A stretch of 32,387 nucleotides of DNA, from sequence record DRR723986_1791; one strand, written 5' to 3'. A program made the position numbers and the translations under genes. Below, in pieces: positions 1-9,152 of this stretch (position 1 is the first letter of the stretch; the number at the start of each line of letters is the position of its first letter). The notes beneath the pieces were generated by a model. That model made no database searches, was not told the origin of the DNA, and was given only the letters and a program-made list of their open reading frames with translations.

Positions 1-1
1 G

Positions 2-1012
2 GCGGCGAACTATCCGTTCTGCACGATTGAGCCGAATGTGGGCGAAGTGGCCGTACCGGAGCCGCGCCTGGCTGAACTCGCCAAGGTCGCCGGATCAAAG
101 GAAATCATTCCGGCACGCATGAACTTCGTCGATATCGCGGGCCTCGTCGAGGGTGCCAGCCAAGGCGAAGGCCTCGGCAACAAGTTCCTCGCCAACATCC
201 GCGAAACCGACGCCATCATCTATGTGCTGCGCTGCTTCGACAATGACGACATCACGCATGTTCGCGGCACGATCGATCCGGTCGCCGATTTCGAAGTGGT
301 CGAGACCGAACTGATGCTGGCCGACCTCGAAAGCCTCGAGAAGCGCAAACAGAATGTCATCAAGAAGGCCAATTCCGGCGACAAGGAAGCCAAGGCGCAG
401 GTTGCGCTGATCGACCTCGCTCTCAATGAGCTTAAGGAAGGCCGCCCTGCCCGCCGCGCCGATGTTCCGAAGGATGACCTTAAAGCCTGGAACATGCTTC
501 AACTGCTGACGTCGAAGCCGATCCTGTTCGTGGCCAATGTCGACGAAGCCAGCGCCGCGACGGGCAACGACTATTCCAAGCGTGTCGAAGAACGCGCCAA
601 GGAAGAAGGCGCAGGCTGTGTCGTTATCTCAGCTCAGATCGAGTCCGAACTGGCAGTACTCGACGAGCCGGACCGCACCGAATTCCTGGAAACGCTGGGT
701 CTGGAAGAGCCCGGCCTGACCCGTCTGATCCATGCCGGTTACGACCTGCTGGACCTGCAGACCTATTTCACAGTCGGCCCGAAGGAAGCCCGCGCCTGGA
801 CTATCCGCAGGGGTTGGACTGCGCCGAAGGCCGCCGGTGTCATCCATGGCGACTTCGAGAAAGGCTTCATCCGCGCCGAGACGATCACCTATGACGACTA
901 TGTCGCGTGCGGCGGTGAAGCCGGCGCCAAGGAAGCTGGAAAGATGCGGGCAGAAGGCAAGGAATACGTCGTGCAAGATGGCGACGTGATGCACTTCCGC
1001 TTCAATGTCTGA
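2..1012 (+). CDS. ychF: Redox-regulated ribosome-binding ATPase YchF (Obg family), 5'-truncated by the window edge
   Basis: Frame open from position 2: [12 protein letters not shown] (switch I), [23 protein letters not shown]-terminal TGS region [12 protein letters not shown]...[19 protein letters not shown]. The ORF-track start at 38 is internal. Confidence 0.98.
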   Translation, partial: AANYPFCTIEPNVGEVAVPEPRLAELAKVAGSKEIIPARMNFVDIAGLVEGASQGEGLGNKFLANIRETDAIIYVLRCFDNDDITHVRGTIDPVADFEVVETELMLADLESLEKRKQNVIKKANSGDKEAKAQVALIDLALNELKEGRPARRADVPKDDLKAWNMLQLLTSKPILFVANVDEASAATGNDYSKRVEERAKEEGAGCVVISAQIESELAVLDEPDRTEFLETLGLEEPGLTRLIHAGYDLLDLQTYFTVGPKEARAWTIRRGWTAPKAAGVIHGDFEKGFIRAETITYDDYVACGGEAGAKEAGKMRAEGKEYVVQDGDVMHFRFNV

Positions 1013-1036
1013 CCGGCACCGGCGGTTCGGCTAGCC

Positions 1037-1474
1037 TCAATCGAGCCATTCATCGGGAATGGTGACACCAGCGCGCTCATTGTCCCAGGCGATGCTTAGG
1101 ATCTGCCAGGAGTCTGCAAGCCGGACCATCGTGACGAAGTTCACCCCTCGGGAATGGATCTCACGATCGCCGACGCGGTAGATGGTTTCGTAAACGCTGC
1201 GCACCTGTGCAACAGACCCCAGCCGCGCACATTCGTGCCCGATCTCGACTTCCTCGAAAGAGGCGCCTGCCAGGTTCTCCTCGGCGGTTTTGATATATTC
1301 GTCGAAAGTCAGGCATTTATTTGCCGGCAACGTATTGATGGCCACACCGGTTCGGGTCATGGTTGCGCGGGGGTGATACAGCGGCCGGATGCTCTCCCAG
1401 TCCCGCTCGCCTGAAGGCTGCGAGATCACATCGTAAATTGCTTTCATCATCCCACGGCTGTCCAGGTCACTCAT
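1037..1474 (-). CDS. NTF2/SnoaL-like fold protein, function unknown
   Basis: 145 aa; pattern RDWESIRPLYHPRA...AQVRSVYE...RGVNFVTMVRLADSWQILSIAWDNE typical of NTF2-like proteins; GGAG upstream of the ATG. Confidence 0.7.
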   Translation of the reverse strand: MSDLDSRGMMKAIYDVISQPSGERDWESIRPLYHPRATMTRTGVAINTLPANKCLTFDEYIKTAEENLAGASFEEVEIGHECARLGSVAQVRSVYETIYRVGDREIHSRGVNFVTMVRLADSWQILSIAWDNERAGVTIPDEWLD

Positions 1475-1533
1475 TCCATCGCTCCGTCAACATCGTTGTA
1501 TTTCAATGCCTGTCGAACACAGAGTCCGGAGGC

Positions 1534-2142
1534 TCAATCATCGCCACCGACAGCTTTTTCGTGCAGCGGTGTCAGTGCCCAGGCGAACGCGATCAGGGGC
1601 TGATCCATATCACGCTCTTCCCAGAGGATCTCAGCGATCCGCTCAATATAACCATTGATTTCCCGTAGGGATTCCGCGCTTGGCCTGTTGATCAAGCGGA
1701 AAAATCCGAGATTGCGCTCCGGGCCCTCAAGCTGCGCATCCGGGTGCGTCAGTCCCTGAACAAAATCTCGGTGAGCCTGTCGGCATATCGCACCGACTGT
1801 CCGGTCTATGGTTTCGTGATTGCCCGGATCCGCGAGGGCCTTCTGCAATCGCATGCGCGGAGCCCGCGTGGCGTAGAGCACTTCGGTCCGCCGGTTGGAG
1901 ATCTGCGTCCCGGCCTCCACGACCAGCTCGGCCTTCACCAGCATATTGATATGATAATAAATCGAGGATGGCTGGCGTCCCATCGATGCCGCCAGCTGCT
2001 TGATTGACATCTGACCGTTTCCGACGAGGTGGTCGACGATATCCATCCGTACGGTCGAAGCCATACACTCAAGTTGGTCCTTCCGGAGAACCCAGTAAGT
2101 GTCCTGGTCTTCCGTCCCGCTCTTGCTGCTCAATCCTGCCAT
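1534..2142 (-). CDS. ArsR-like winged helix-turn-helix transcriptional regulator
   Basis: MASTVRMDIVDHL...MSIKQLAASMGRQPSSIYYHINMLVKAELV HTH; AAGGGG upstream; divergent from the acyl-CoA dehydrogenase cluster. Confidence 0.85.
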   Translation of the reverse strand: MAGLSSKSGTEDQDTYWVLRKDQLECMASTVRMDIVDHLVGNGQMSIKQLAASMGRQPSSIYYHINMLVKAELVVEAGTQISNRRTEVLYATRAPRMRLQKALADPGNHETIDRTVGAICRQAHRDFVQGLTHPDAQLEGPERNLGFFRLINRPSAESLREINGYIERIAEILWEERDMDQPLIAFAWALTPLHEKAVGGDD

Positions 2143-2329
2143 GAAACAAGTTCCCCTTTTCCCAAAGCCCCTTCAGCCACAAGGCACTCCGGTCACCTCT
2201 CCCCGATAAGGCACTATAACGCCGGGTTCCAGACTTCGGGAGTTTTTGACACCTGCATACCTTTCCCCAAGGTCATGAGGTTTGCCGCCTTGCCCGACTC
2301 TTTCCCTTGTGGCGTTCTGCCGTGCGAAG

Positions 2330-2346
2330 TCACCAAAATAAGGTGA
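2330..2346. promoter_or_regulatory. Short inverted repeat, candidate operator upstream of the acyl-CoA dehydrogenase
   Basis: TCACC-aaaataa-GGTGA just before the GGAGGAG Shine-Dalgarno; arms only 5 bp, could be chance. Confidence 0.25.
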
Positions 2347-2361
2347 TCGGAGGAGCGTAGT

Positions 2362-3528
2362 ATGAAGTTTGAACTGGACGAAGAGCACAGGATGCTTGCC
2401 GATCTCGTCCAGCGCTTCGTGCGCGACGAGCTGATGCCCCTTGAAGGCGCAGTGCTCGAGCGTGAAGCCAGCGGCCAGGGCGCCTACCTGACACCGGAAG
2501 AGCGCCAGAGGCTGGACAAGGTTTCCAAGGAACTTGGCCTGTGGAGCCTCGATGCGCCGGAGGACGCCGGTGGCATGGGCATGCCGCACGTGGCCCTGGT
2601 GGCCGTCAATGAAGCGCTCGGCTCCACGGTGGCGACCTATACGCTTCCGCCGGATTCACCGAACCTTCGAATGCTCATGACGACCGTGAACGAGCAGCAG
2701 AAAAAGGCCTATCTGGAGCCCTATGCCCGCGGCGAAACCATCTCCGCCATCGGAATTTCCGAACCGGGCGCCGGCGCCGATCCCGCAGGGATGATCACAC
2801 GAGCTGTGCGCGACGGGGATGACTGGATCATCAACGGCCGCAAGATCTGGATCACCCGGGCGGCTGAAGCCGACTTCACGATCCTCATGGCGATTACCGA
2901 CAAGGAAAAGAAAGCGCGTGGCGGCATGTCAGCCTTTCTCATCGACCGTGACACGCCCGGCTTCAATGTCCTGCGGCGCATCCCGATGCTGGGCGGCGAG
3001 TTTACCTACGAAGTGACGCTGGAAGACTGCCGCGTGCCCGGCTGGAAACTGCTGGGCGAGGAGGGCCAGGGATTTGGCCCGATGCAGGTGCGCCTCGGCA
3101 CCCGCCGTATGGAGATGGCTGCCTGGTGTATTGGCGCGGCCCAGCGTGCGCTTGATATGATGCGGGAATATGCCCCCCAGCGGAAAACGTTCGGTCACAA
3201 ATTGTCTGAGCGCCAGTCGATCCAGTGGTGGGTTGCCGATGGTGCCGCCAAGATCCATGCGGCGCGCCTGATGGCCTATGATTGCGCGTGGAAAATCGAT
3301 CAGGGCCGGGACGTACGCACCGAGATCTCCATGATCAAATACTACGCCACGGAGATGGCGCAGGAAATCATCGACAATGCCATGCAATGCTTCGGGGCCA
3401 TGGGCATGACGAAAGAGATGCCGCTACACCTGTTTGCGGGGCGCGTGCGCAACATGCGCATCTATGACGGGCCATCGGAAGTTCACCGTATGGTCGTCGC
3501 CCGGAACCTTATGGATACCCGCCCATGA
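2362..3528 (+). CDS. Acyl-CoA dehydrogenase family protein
   Basis: ISEPGAGAD, WIINGRKIWIT, RKTFG..L...QSIQW, AMQCFGAMG, RIYDGPSEVHR motifs; strong GGAGGAG RBS. Confidence 0.96.
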   Translation: MKFELDEEHRMLADLVQRFVRDELMPLEGAVLEREASGQGAYLTPEERQRLDKVSKELGLWSLDAPEDAGGMGMPHVALVAVNEALGSTVATYTLPPDSPNLRMLMTTVNEQQKKAYLEPYARGETISAIGISEPGAGADPAGMITRAVRDGDDWIINGRKIWITRAAEADFTILMAITDKEKKARGGMSAFLIDRDTPGFNVLRRIPMLGGEFTYEVTLEDCRVPGWKLLGEEGQGFGPMQVRLGTRRMEMAAWCIGAAQRALDMMREYAPQRKTFGHKLSERQSIQWWVADGAAKIHAARLMAYDCAWKIDQGRDVRTEISMIKYYATEMAQEIIDNAMQCFGAMGMTKEMPLHLFAGRVRNMRIYDGPSEVHRMVVARNLMDTRP

Positions 3529-4304
3529 CGCATTCAATCGCCGTGCGCGAAGTTGGTCATGTGACCGAAATCGTGTTCTCCAATCCGCCGAACAATCACG
3601 CCAATGTCGCGCTTCTGCGCGAGATTGGTGAGGTCCTGCTGACACTGGATGCTCAACCCGACTGCCGGGCCATCGTGCTCGCCTCCGAAGGGAAGGCGTT
3701 CTGCGCAGGGGCGGACCTCGCCAATGACGAACGCGGCGGCGGAGTCGGGGGATCCGGCGATGACCCGGTTCGGGAATTCTATGACCAGGCCCTGCGTATC
3801 TACGAAGCCAAAAAGCCAATCGTCGCGGCAATTCAGGGGGCCGCCGTCGGCGCTGGCCTTGGCCTAGCGGTTGCGGCTGACTTTCGGATCGCTGCACCAG
3901 AGGCACGGTTTGTCGCCAATTTCACGCGGCTGGCCTTCCACCCGGGCTTTGCGCTCAGCGCGACCCTGCCCCGGCTGCTGGGCCCGCAGAAAGCCGCGCT
4001 GATGCTGCTGACATCCCGGAGGATCAAAGGAGAAGAAGCTGTCGCAATGGGCCTGGCGGATGAACTGGTCCCGCTGGCAGACGTACGTACCGCTGCTCAC
4101 AAGCTCGCGGCCGAAATCGCTGAGGGCGGGCCTTTGGGCGTCCTCGCAACCCGGAAAACCCTTCGCGACGGCCTCTATGAGACAGTTCGGGACACGCTGG
4201 CCCACGAACATGAAGAGCAATGGAAACTTCGCGCAACAGAAGACCATCAGGAAGGAATCCGGTCAGTCGCAGAGCGCCGGCCGGGTAATTTCAAAGGCCG
4301 CTGA
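3525..4304 (+). CDS. Enoyl-CoA hydratase/isomerase (crotonase) family protein
   Basis: AFCAGADL, KPIVAAIQGAAVGAG, ADFRIA, C-terminal EDHQEGIRSVAERRPGNFKGR; ATGA overlap with the upstream gene. Confidence 0.95.
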   Translation: MTHSIAVREVGHVTEIVFSNPPNNHANVALLREIGEVLLTLDAQPDCRAIVLASEGKAFCAGADLANDERGGGVGGSGDDPVREFYDQALRIYEAKKPIVAAIQGAAVGAGLGLAVAADFRIAAPEARFVANFTRLAFHPGFALSATLPRLLGPQKAALMLLTSRRIKGEEAVAMGLADELVPLADVRTAAHKLAAEIAEGGPLGVLATRKTLRDGLYETVRDTLAHEHEEQWKLRATEDHQEGIRSVAERRPGNFKGR

Positions 4305-4329
4305 CGTGCCGAATTCTTTTTCCCACATC

Positions 4330-4346
4330 ACAGGTATCGCACCTGT
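4330..4346. promoter_or_regulatory. Inverted repeat upstream of the oxidoreductase trio (candidate operator or small hairpin)
   Basis: ACAGGT-atcgc-ACCTGT in the 117 bp intergenic region. Confidence 0.25.
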
Positions 4347-4421
4347 TGTCGCAACCGGCAGGAGGTCATTGATGCCGCCGGTCTGTGTCGCTAGTCTTTT
4401 CTCCGGAGGAAGCGGGCAAAT

Positions 4422-6215
4422 ATGAAACCAACAGACACGAGCAATCCCGACTACTTTCACAAAGTCGTCGATTGCCAATGGGCCTGCCCGGCACACACAC
4501 CGGTCCCGGCATATATCCGTCTCATTGCGCAAGGGCGTTACAGCGACGCCTACCTGCTGAACCGGGATTCCAACGTGTTCCCGGGTATTCTGGGCCGCGT
4601 CTGCGACCGGCCATGTGAGCCCGCCTGCCGGCGGACTCGCGTGGATGGCGAGCCGGTTGCGATCTGTCGCCTGAAACGTGTGGCAGCCGACCATCGTGAC
4701 GATGTGACGAGCCGCCTTTCGCAGAAGCCGGATCAGACGAACGGCAAGCGGATCGCACTGATTGGCGCGGGCCCGGCGAGCTTCACGGTGGCGAACGACC
4801 TCGCGCCGCTCGGCTACGAGTGCACCATTTTCGAAAAACTGCCTGAAGCGGGCGGCCTGATGCGCGCCAACATTCCGGCCTTCCGTCTTCCAGAAAAAGT
4901 GCTGAACGAAGAGCTTCAGTATATTCTCGATATGGGCGTGGAACTGAAGCTCAACACACCTGTCTCCAGCATGAAAGCACTGCTGGACGAAGGATGGGAC
5001 GCTGTCTTCGTCGGTACCGGCGCGCCGAAAGGCAAGGACCTGCACCTGCCCGGCCGCGAAGAGGCGGACGAGAATATTCACATCGGCATCGACTGGCTGG
5101 AATCTGTCGCGTTCGAACATATCGACGAAATCGGCAAGAATGTCCTGATCATCGGCGTCGGCAACACGGCCATGGACTGCTGCCGCACCTCGCTCCGTCT
5201 TGGGGCGGAAAATGTGAAAGTCATGGCGCGCAAGCCGCGTAATTTCTTCAAGGCGTCCGAATGGGAACTGGAGGATGCCGAGGAAGAGAACATCCAGATC
5301 GTCGTGAACCATTCGCCGAAAGCCTTTGTCATCGAGAATGGCAAACTGGTCGGCATGACGTTCGAGCTGATGGAGTACGATGTTGACGACAAGGGCGAGA
5401 TCACCGGCCAGCGCGTAATCGGTGAAGAAACCCTACCCTGCGACGATGTCATCCTCGCCATCGGGCAAGAGAATGCCTTCCCATGGATTGAAAAGGATGC
5501 CGGCATCGAGTTCGGCAAATGGGATGTACCTGTTGTCGATGAGGAGACTTTCGAGTCCACCCGCAAAGGCGTCTTCTTCGGCGGAGACTCAGCGTTCGGT
5601 CCCAAGAACATCATCTGGGCCGTGGAGCATGGTCATCAGGCGGCAATCTCGATTCACCGGCACTGCCAGGGCCTCGGCCTGCGTGATCGGGCACCTCGTG
5701 AAGTCGAGCTGCAGTCTGCCAAGATGGGCATGTTCGAATGGCGCTATTCGAATGCTTACACAGCCGCCGAACGTCGCGAGATGGAGCATGTCGCGCTTGT
5801 TGACCGGTTCCAGCGCCTGAACATCGAGGTCGAACTTGGTTTCAATGCGGAGCAGATCGCCGTCGAAGTCCAGCGCTGCCTGAACTGCGATGTGCAGACG
5901 GTCTTCGAAGCGCCGCTCTGCGAAGAGTGCGACGCGTGTATCGATGTCTGCCCGGTCGAATGCCTCAGCATCACGCCGGACGCCGACAGCGAAGCGGAAC
6001 TGCGTGCTTCGCTCACCCAGCCGGAAGCTCCGGAAGAGCAATCCCTCTTCGTATCAAACCCGCTGCCGCTGACCGGCCGGGTGATGATCAAAGATGAAAA
6101 CGTTTGCCTGCACTGCGGCCTGTGTGCCGAGCGCTGCCCCACATCTGCCTGGGACATGAAGGAAGGCGTCATCAAAATTCCCCATGCGGATGACCAAGTG
6201 GAGACCGCGGCATGA
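4422..6215 (+). CDS. GltD-like FAD/NAD(P)H-dependent oxidoreductase with C-terminal 2x[4Fe-4S] ferredoxin domain (KorC-like)
   Basis: N-terminal DCQWACP / GRVCDRPCEPAC Fe-S motifs, IGAGPAS (FAD), IGVGNTAMD (NAD(P)H), C-terminal CEECDACIDVCP and CLHCGLCAERCP. Confidence 0.92.
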   Translation: MKPTDTSNPDYFHKVVDCQWACPAHTPVPAYIRLIAQGRYSDAYLLNRDSNVFPGILGRVCDRPCEPACRRTRVDGEPVAICRLKRVAADHRDDVTSRLSQKPDQTNGKRIALIGAGPASFTVANDLAPLGYECTIFEKLPEAGGLMRANIPAFRLPEKVLNEELQYILDMGVELKLNTPVSSMKALLDEGWDAVFVGTGAPKGKDLHLPGREEADENIHIGIDWLESVAFEHIDEIGKNVLIIGVGNTAMDCCRTSLRLGAENVKVMARKPRNFFKASEWELEDAEEENIQIVVNHSPKAFVIENGKLVGMTFELMEYDVDDKGEITGQRVIGEETLPCDDVILAIGQENAFPWIEKDAGIEFGKWDVPVVDEETFESTRKGVFFGGDSAFGPKNIIWAVEHGHQAAISIHRHCQGLGLRDRAPREVELQSAKMGMFEWRYSNAYTAAERREMEHVALVDRFQRLNIEVELGFNAEQIAVEVQRCLNCDVQTVFEAPLCEECDACIDVCPVECLSITPDADSEAELRASLTQPEAPEEQSLFVSNPLPLTGRVMIKDENVCLHCGLCAERCPTSAWDMKEGVIKIPHADDQVETAA

Positions 6216-8023
6216 ACGGACCTGGCATCAATGACTTCACCCTGCGTATCGCAACGGTGAACGGCACAGGCTCGGCCAGTGCAAACGGCCTGCTGATGAA
6301 GGCCATTTTCAGGATGGGTGTCCCCGTTGTGGGCAAGAACATTTTCCCATCCAACATTCAGGGCCTGCCGACCTGGTATGAGATCCGAGTGACGGGTGAT
6401 GGCTATGCCGGACGCGACGGCGAGATCCATTTCGTTATCGCGATGAACCCTGAGACGTATGCGGATGACCTGGCAGAACTCGCCCCTGGCGGTGTTCTGC
6501 TTTACGACTCAACCTGGCCACGCCCACAACTTCTTTCCCGCCCGGACGTCACTGTCCTGGGCGCGCCGTTGTCGGCCATGTGCAATGAGGCGTTCAAGGC
6601 CGCACGCTCGCGCATCCTGATGAAGAACATGGCCTATGTCGGCGCTGCCGCAGCCCTATTGAACCTTGATCTTGGTGTGATTGAGCAATTGGTCACCGAA
6701 ATGTTCGCGGGCAAGGAAAAGCTCATCCCGCTGAACATGCAGGCCGTTGCGCTCGGACACGACTTCGCCAAGCAGAACTTCAAATGCCCGCTGGATTTCC
6801 GCGTCAGCCCGTTGGACAAAACCAGGGGCAAGGTCATGATCGATGGGAACACGGCTGCCGGTATTGGTGCGGTCTTCGGCGGCGCGACATTCGGGGCCTG
6901 GTACCCCATCACGCCGTCCACGTCGCTGATGGATGCCTTCCAGAAATATTGCGAGGAGCTCCGCGTCGATCCAGAAACCGGGCAAAACAATTTCTGCATC
7001 CTGCAGGCAGAAGATGAACTTGCCGCCGCTGGCCTCACTATCGGCGCGGCTTGGGCTGGGGCCCGTGGATTCACGCCCACTTCCGGCCCGGGTGTCTCGC
7101 TGATGAGCGAATTCATCGGCTTTGCGTACTATACTGAAGTGCCGCTGGTTATCTGCGATATCCAAAGGGTCGGTCCGTCCACAGGCATGCCTACACGGAC
7201 ACAGCAATGCGACATCCAGCTCTGCGCCTATGCCTCGCACGGCGACACACGCCACCTCGTTCTTTTCCCGGCCCATCCCGGTGAATGTTTCGAATTCTCG
7301 GCCAAGGCGCTGGACCTTGCCGAACGCTTCCAGACCCCGGTCTTCTTCCTGTCCGATATCGACATCGGCATGAATGACTGGATGGTCGACGAACTGACCT
7401 GGCCGGAAGATTATGTGCCTGACCGCGGCAAAGTTCTTGATGAAGAACAGCTTGAGGAAATCGACGCGTTCTATCGCTATCTGGATGTAGACGGAGATAC
7501 GATTCCTTACCGCACCCTGCCGGGAACGCACCCCAAGGGCGCCTACTTCCTACGTGGCTCCGGCCATACGAAACTTGGTCGATACACGGAAAAAGGCCCT
7601 GAATACAAGGAAGTCGTCGACCGCCTTTACGAAAAATGGAAACGCGCTGCAGCGTTCATGCCTGAGCCGGTTGTGAAAAAGGCCGATCGTCCGGCCCGCT
7701 ACGGGATGATCGCCATCGGCAGCTCGGATGCCGCCGTGACAGAAGCCCGTGACCGTCTGGAAGCTGCCGGCGTCCCGGTCGACTATATGCGTGTTCGTGG
7801 TTTCCCATTCAGCGATGACGTCGCCGCTTTTGTCGAAGCGCACGAGGAAGTCTTCGTTGTCGAGCAGAACCGCGACGCACAGCTGATGAATTTGCTGATC
7901 ACCGAAACCAGCGCCGCCAAGGAAAAGCTGGTTCCCGTACTGCACTATTCCGGCGAGCCGCTGAATTACCGTTTCGTCTATGAGGCCGTGGAAACCGCCC
8001 TGAAAGTGAGGAAGATCGCATGA
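6212..8023 (+). CDS. korA: 2-oxoacid:acceptor oxidoreductase subunit alpha (with fused gamma-type domain)
   Basis: YPITPS, QAEDELAA, TSGPG, QRVGPSTGMPT, VVEQN motifs; ATGA overlap with the upstream gene. Substrate specificity not determinable, symbol tentative. Confidence 0.9.
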   Translation: MNGPGINDFTLRIATVNGTGSASANGLLMKAIFRMGVPVVGKNIFPSNIQGLPTWYEIRVTGDGYAGRDGEIHFVIAMNPETYADDLAELAPGGVLLYDSTWPRPQLLSRPDVTVLGAPLSAMCNEAFKAARSRILMKNMAYVGAAAALLNLDLGVIEQLVTEMFAGKEKLIPLNMQAVALGHDFAKQNFKCPLDFRVSPLDKTRGKVMIDGNTAAGIGAVFGGATFGAWYPITPSTSLMDAFQKYCEELRVDPETGQNNFCILQAEDELAAAGLTIGAAWAGARGFTPTSGPGVSLMSEFIGFAYYTEVPLVICDIQRVGPSTGMPTRTQQCDIQLCAYASHGDTRHLVLFPAHPGECFEFSAKALDLAERFQTPVFFLSDIDIGMNDWMVDELTWPEDYVPDRGKVLDEEQLEEIDAFYRYLDVDGDTIPYRTLPGTHPKGAYFLRGSGHTKLGRYTEKGPEYKEVVDRLYEKWKRAAAFMPEPVVKKADRPARYGMIAIGSSDAAVTEARDRLEAAGVPVDYMRVRGFPFSDDVAAFVEAHEEVFVVEQNRDAQLMNLLITETSAAKEKLVPVLHYSGEPLNYRFVYEAVETALKVRKIA

Positions 8024-9075
8024 CCTCCTTCGTCAAACCCAAGATCCGCAGACTGAACGAGCCGACCAACGGGCTCGGAAAAACTCGGGCCGACTATGAT
8101 GGCGCCATGTCGACTCTGTGCGCCGGATGCGGACATGACAGCGTAACCGCCGCCCTTGCCCGCGCTTTCTACGAACTTTCGACCGATCCGAAGGATGTGG
8201 TGAAAGTATCCGGCATCGGGTGCTCTTCCAAGACGACCACCTATTTCCTGAAGGACGCGCACGGCGCCAACACGGTACATGGGCGCATGCCGTCCTTTGC
8301 CACCGGCGCAGCAGCGGTGAACAAGAACCTCACCTATGTCGGCGTCTCCGGTGACGGTGACAGCCTGTCCATCGGGCTTGGCCAGATGGCCCACGCGATC
8401 CGGCGCAACGTCGACATGATCTACATGCTGGAGAATAATGGTGTATACGGACTGACAAAAGGCCAGTTTTCGGCCTCCAGCGATGTTGGCTCCAAGGCCA
8501 AGAAAGGCGCCACCAACATGTTGCCGCCGATCGATCCGGCGATCATGGCACTGTCCATCGGTGCGACTTTCGTGGCGCGCAGCTTCTCCGGTGACAAGGC
8601 GCAGCTGGTCTCGCTGATCAAGGCTGGGATCGCGCACCGGGGCTTCGCCCTGATTGATGTGATCTCGCCCTGCGTCAGCTTCAATGATCACAAAGGCTCG
8701 ACCAAGTCTTACGCCCATACCTATCAATACTACCACAAGGCCGTACACGCCGATTACGTGCCGCCGAGCGAGGAAATCACGGCGGCCTATGACGAAGGCG
8801 AGACTATGCCGGTGGAGCTGCACGATGGCGGATCGATCCTGCTGCGCAAGCTGGACGCGGACTATGATCCTACAAACCGGGCATCAGCGATGGAGAAACT
8901 TCTTCAGAGCCAGCAAACACAAGAGATCCTGACCGGCCTGCTATACATCGACGAATCCCGTCCGGCGATGGCAGAGCACAAGAAACTGCCGGACACACCG
9001 CTCCACTCGCTTCCTTACTCGAAACTCAATCCGGGTGCTGAAGCGCTGCGCAAGATCCAGGAGGAATTCCGCTGA
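8020..9075 (+). CDS. korB: 2-oxoacid:ferredoxin oxidoreductase subunit beta (TPP-binding)
   Basis: LCAGCGH, SGIGCSS, VHGR, GDGD...ENNGVYGLTKGQ TPP motif, ISPCVSFN; ATGA overlap. Symbol tentative. Confidence 0.9.
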   Translation: MTSFVKPKIRRLNEPTNGLGKTRADYDGAMSTLCAGCGHDSVTAALARAFYELSTDPKDVVKVSGIGCSSKTTTYFLKDAHGANTVHGRMPSFATGAAAVNKNLTYVGVSGDGDSLSIGLGQMAHAIRRNVDMIYMLENNGVYGLTKGQFSASSDVGSKAKKGATNMLPPIDPAIMALSIGATFVARSFSGDKAQLVSLIKAGIAHRGFALIDVISPCVSFNDHKGSTKSYAHTYQYYHKAVHADYVPPSEEITAAYDEGETMPVELHDGGSILLRKLDADYDPTNRASAMEKLLQSQQTQEILTGLLYIDESRPAMAEHKKLPDTPLHSLPYSKLNPGAEALRKIQEEFR

Positions 9076-9152
9076 TATTTCTCTCAGGCTGGTAAGCTTT
9101 GCGAGGCCTGCTAGACTTGCCACGCCTGTATCGTTCAGGGTGGGAGAGTGAA

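Noticed and set aside
1-7. Window begins GGCGGCG, matching the terminal GGC repeat (possible circular element)
   Set aside because: Only 7 nt, explained by Ala-Ala codons of ychF; the content is chromosomal with no replication or mobility genes.
4369-4382. TTGAT half-site upstream of the oxidoreductase trio as an FNR/FixK box
   Set aside because: The second half-site (ATCAA) is absent.
4263-5312. 349 aa minus-strand ORF
   Set aside because: Antisense shadow of the Fe-S flavoprotein gene; no motifs; expected in GC-rich coding DNA.
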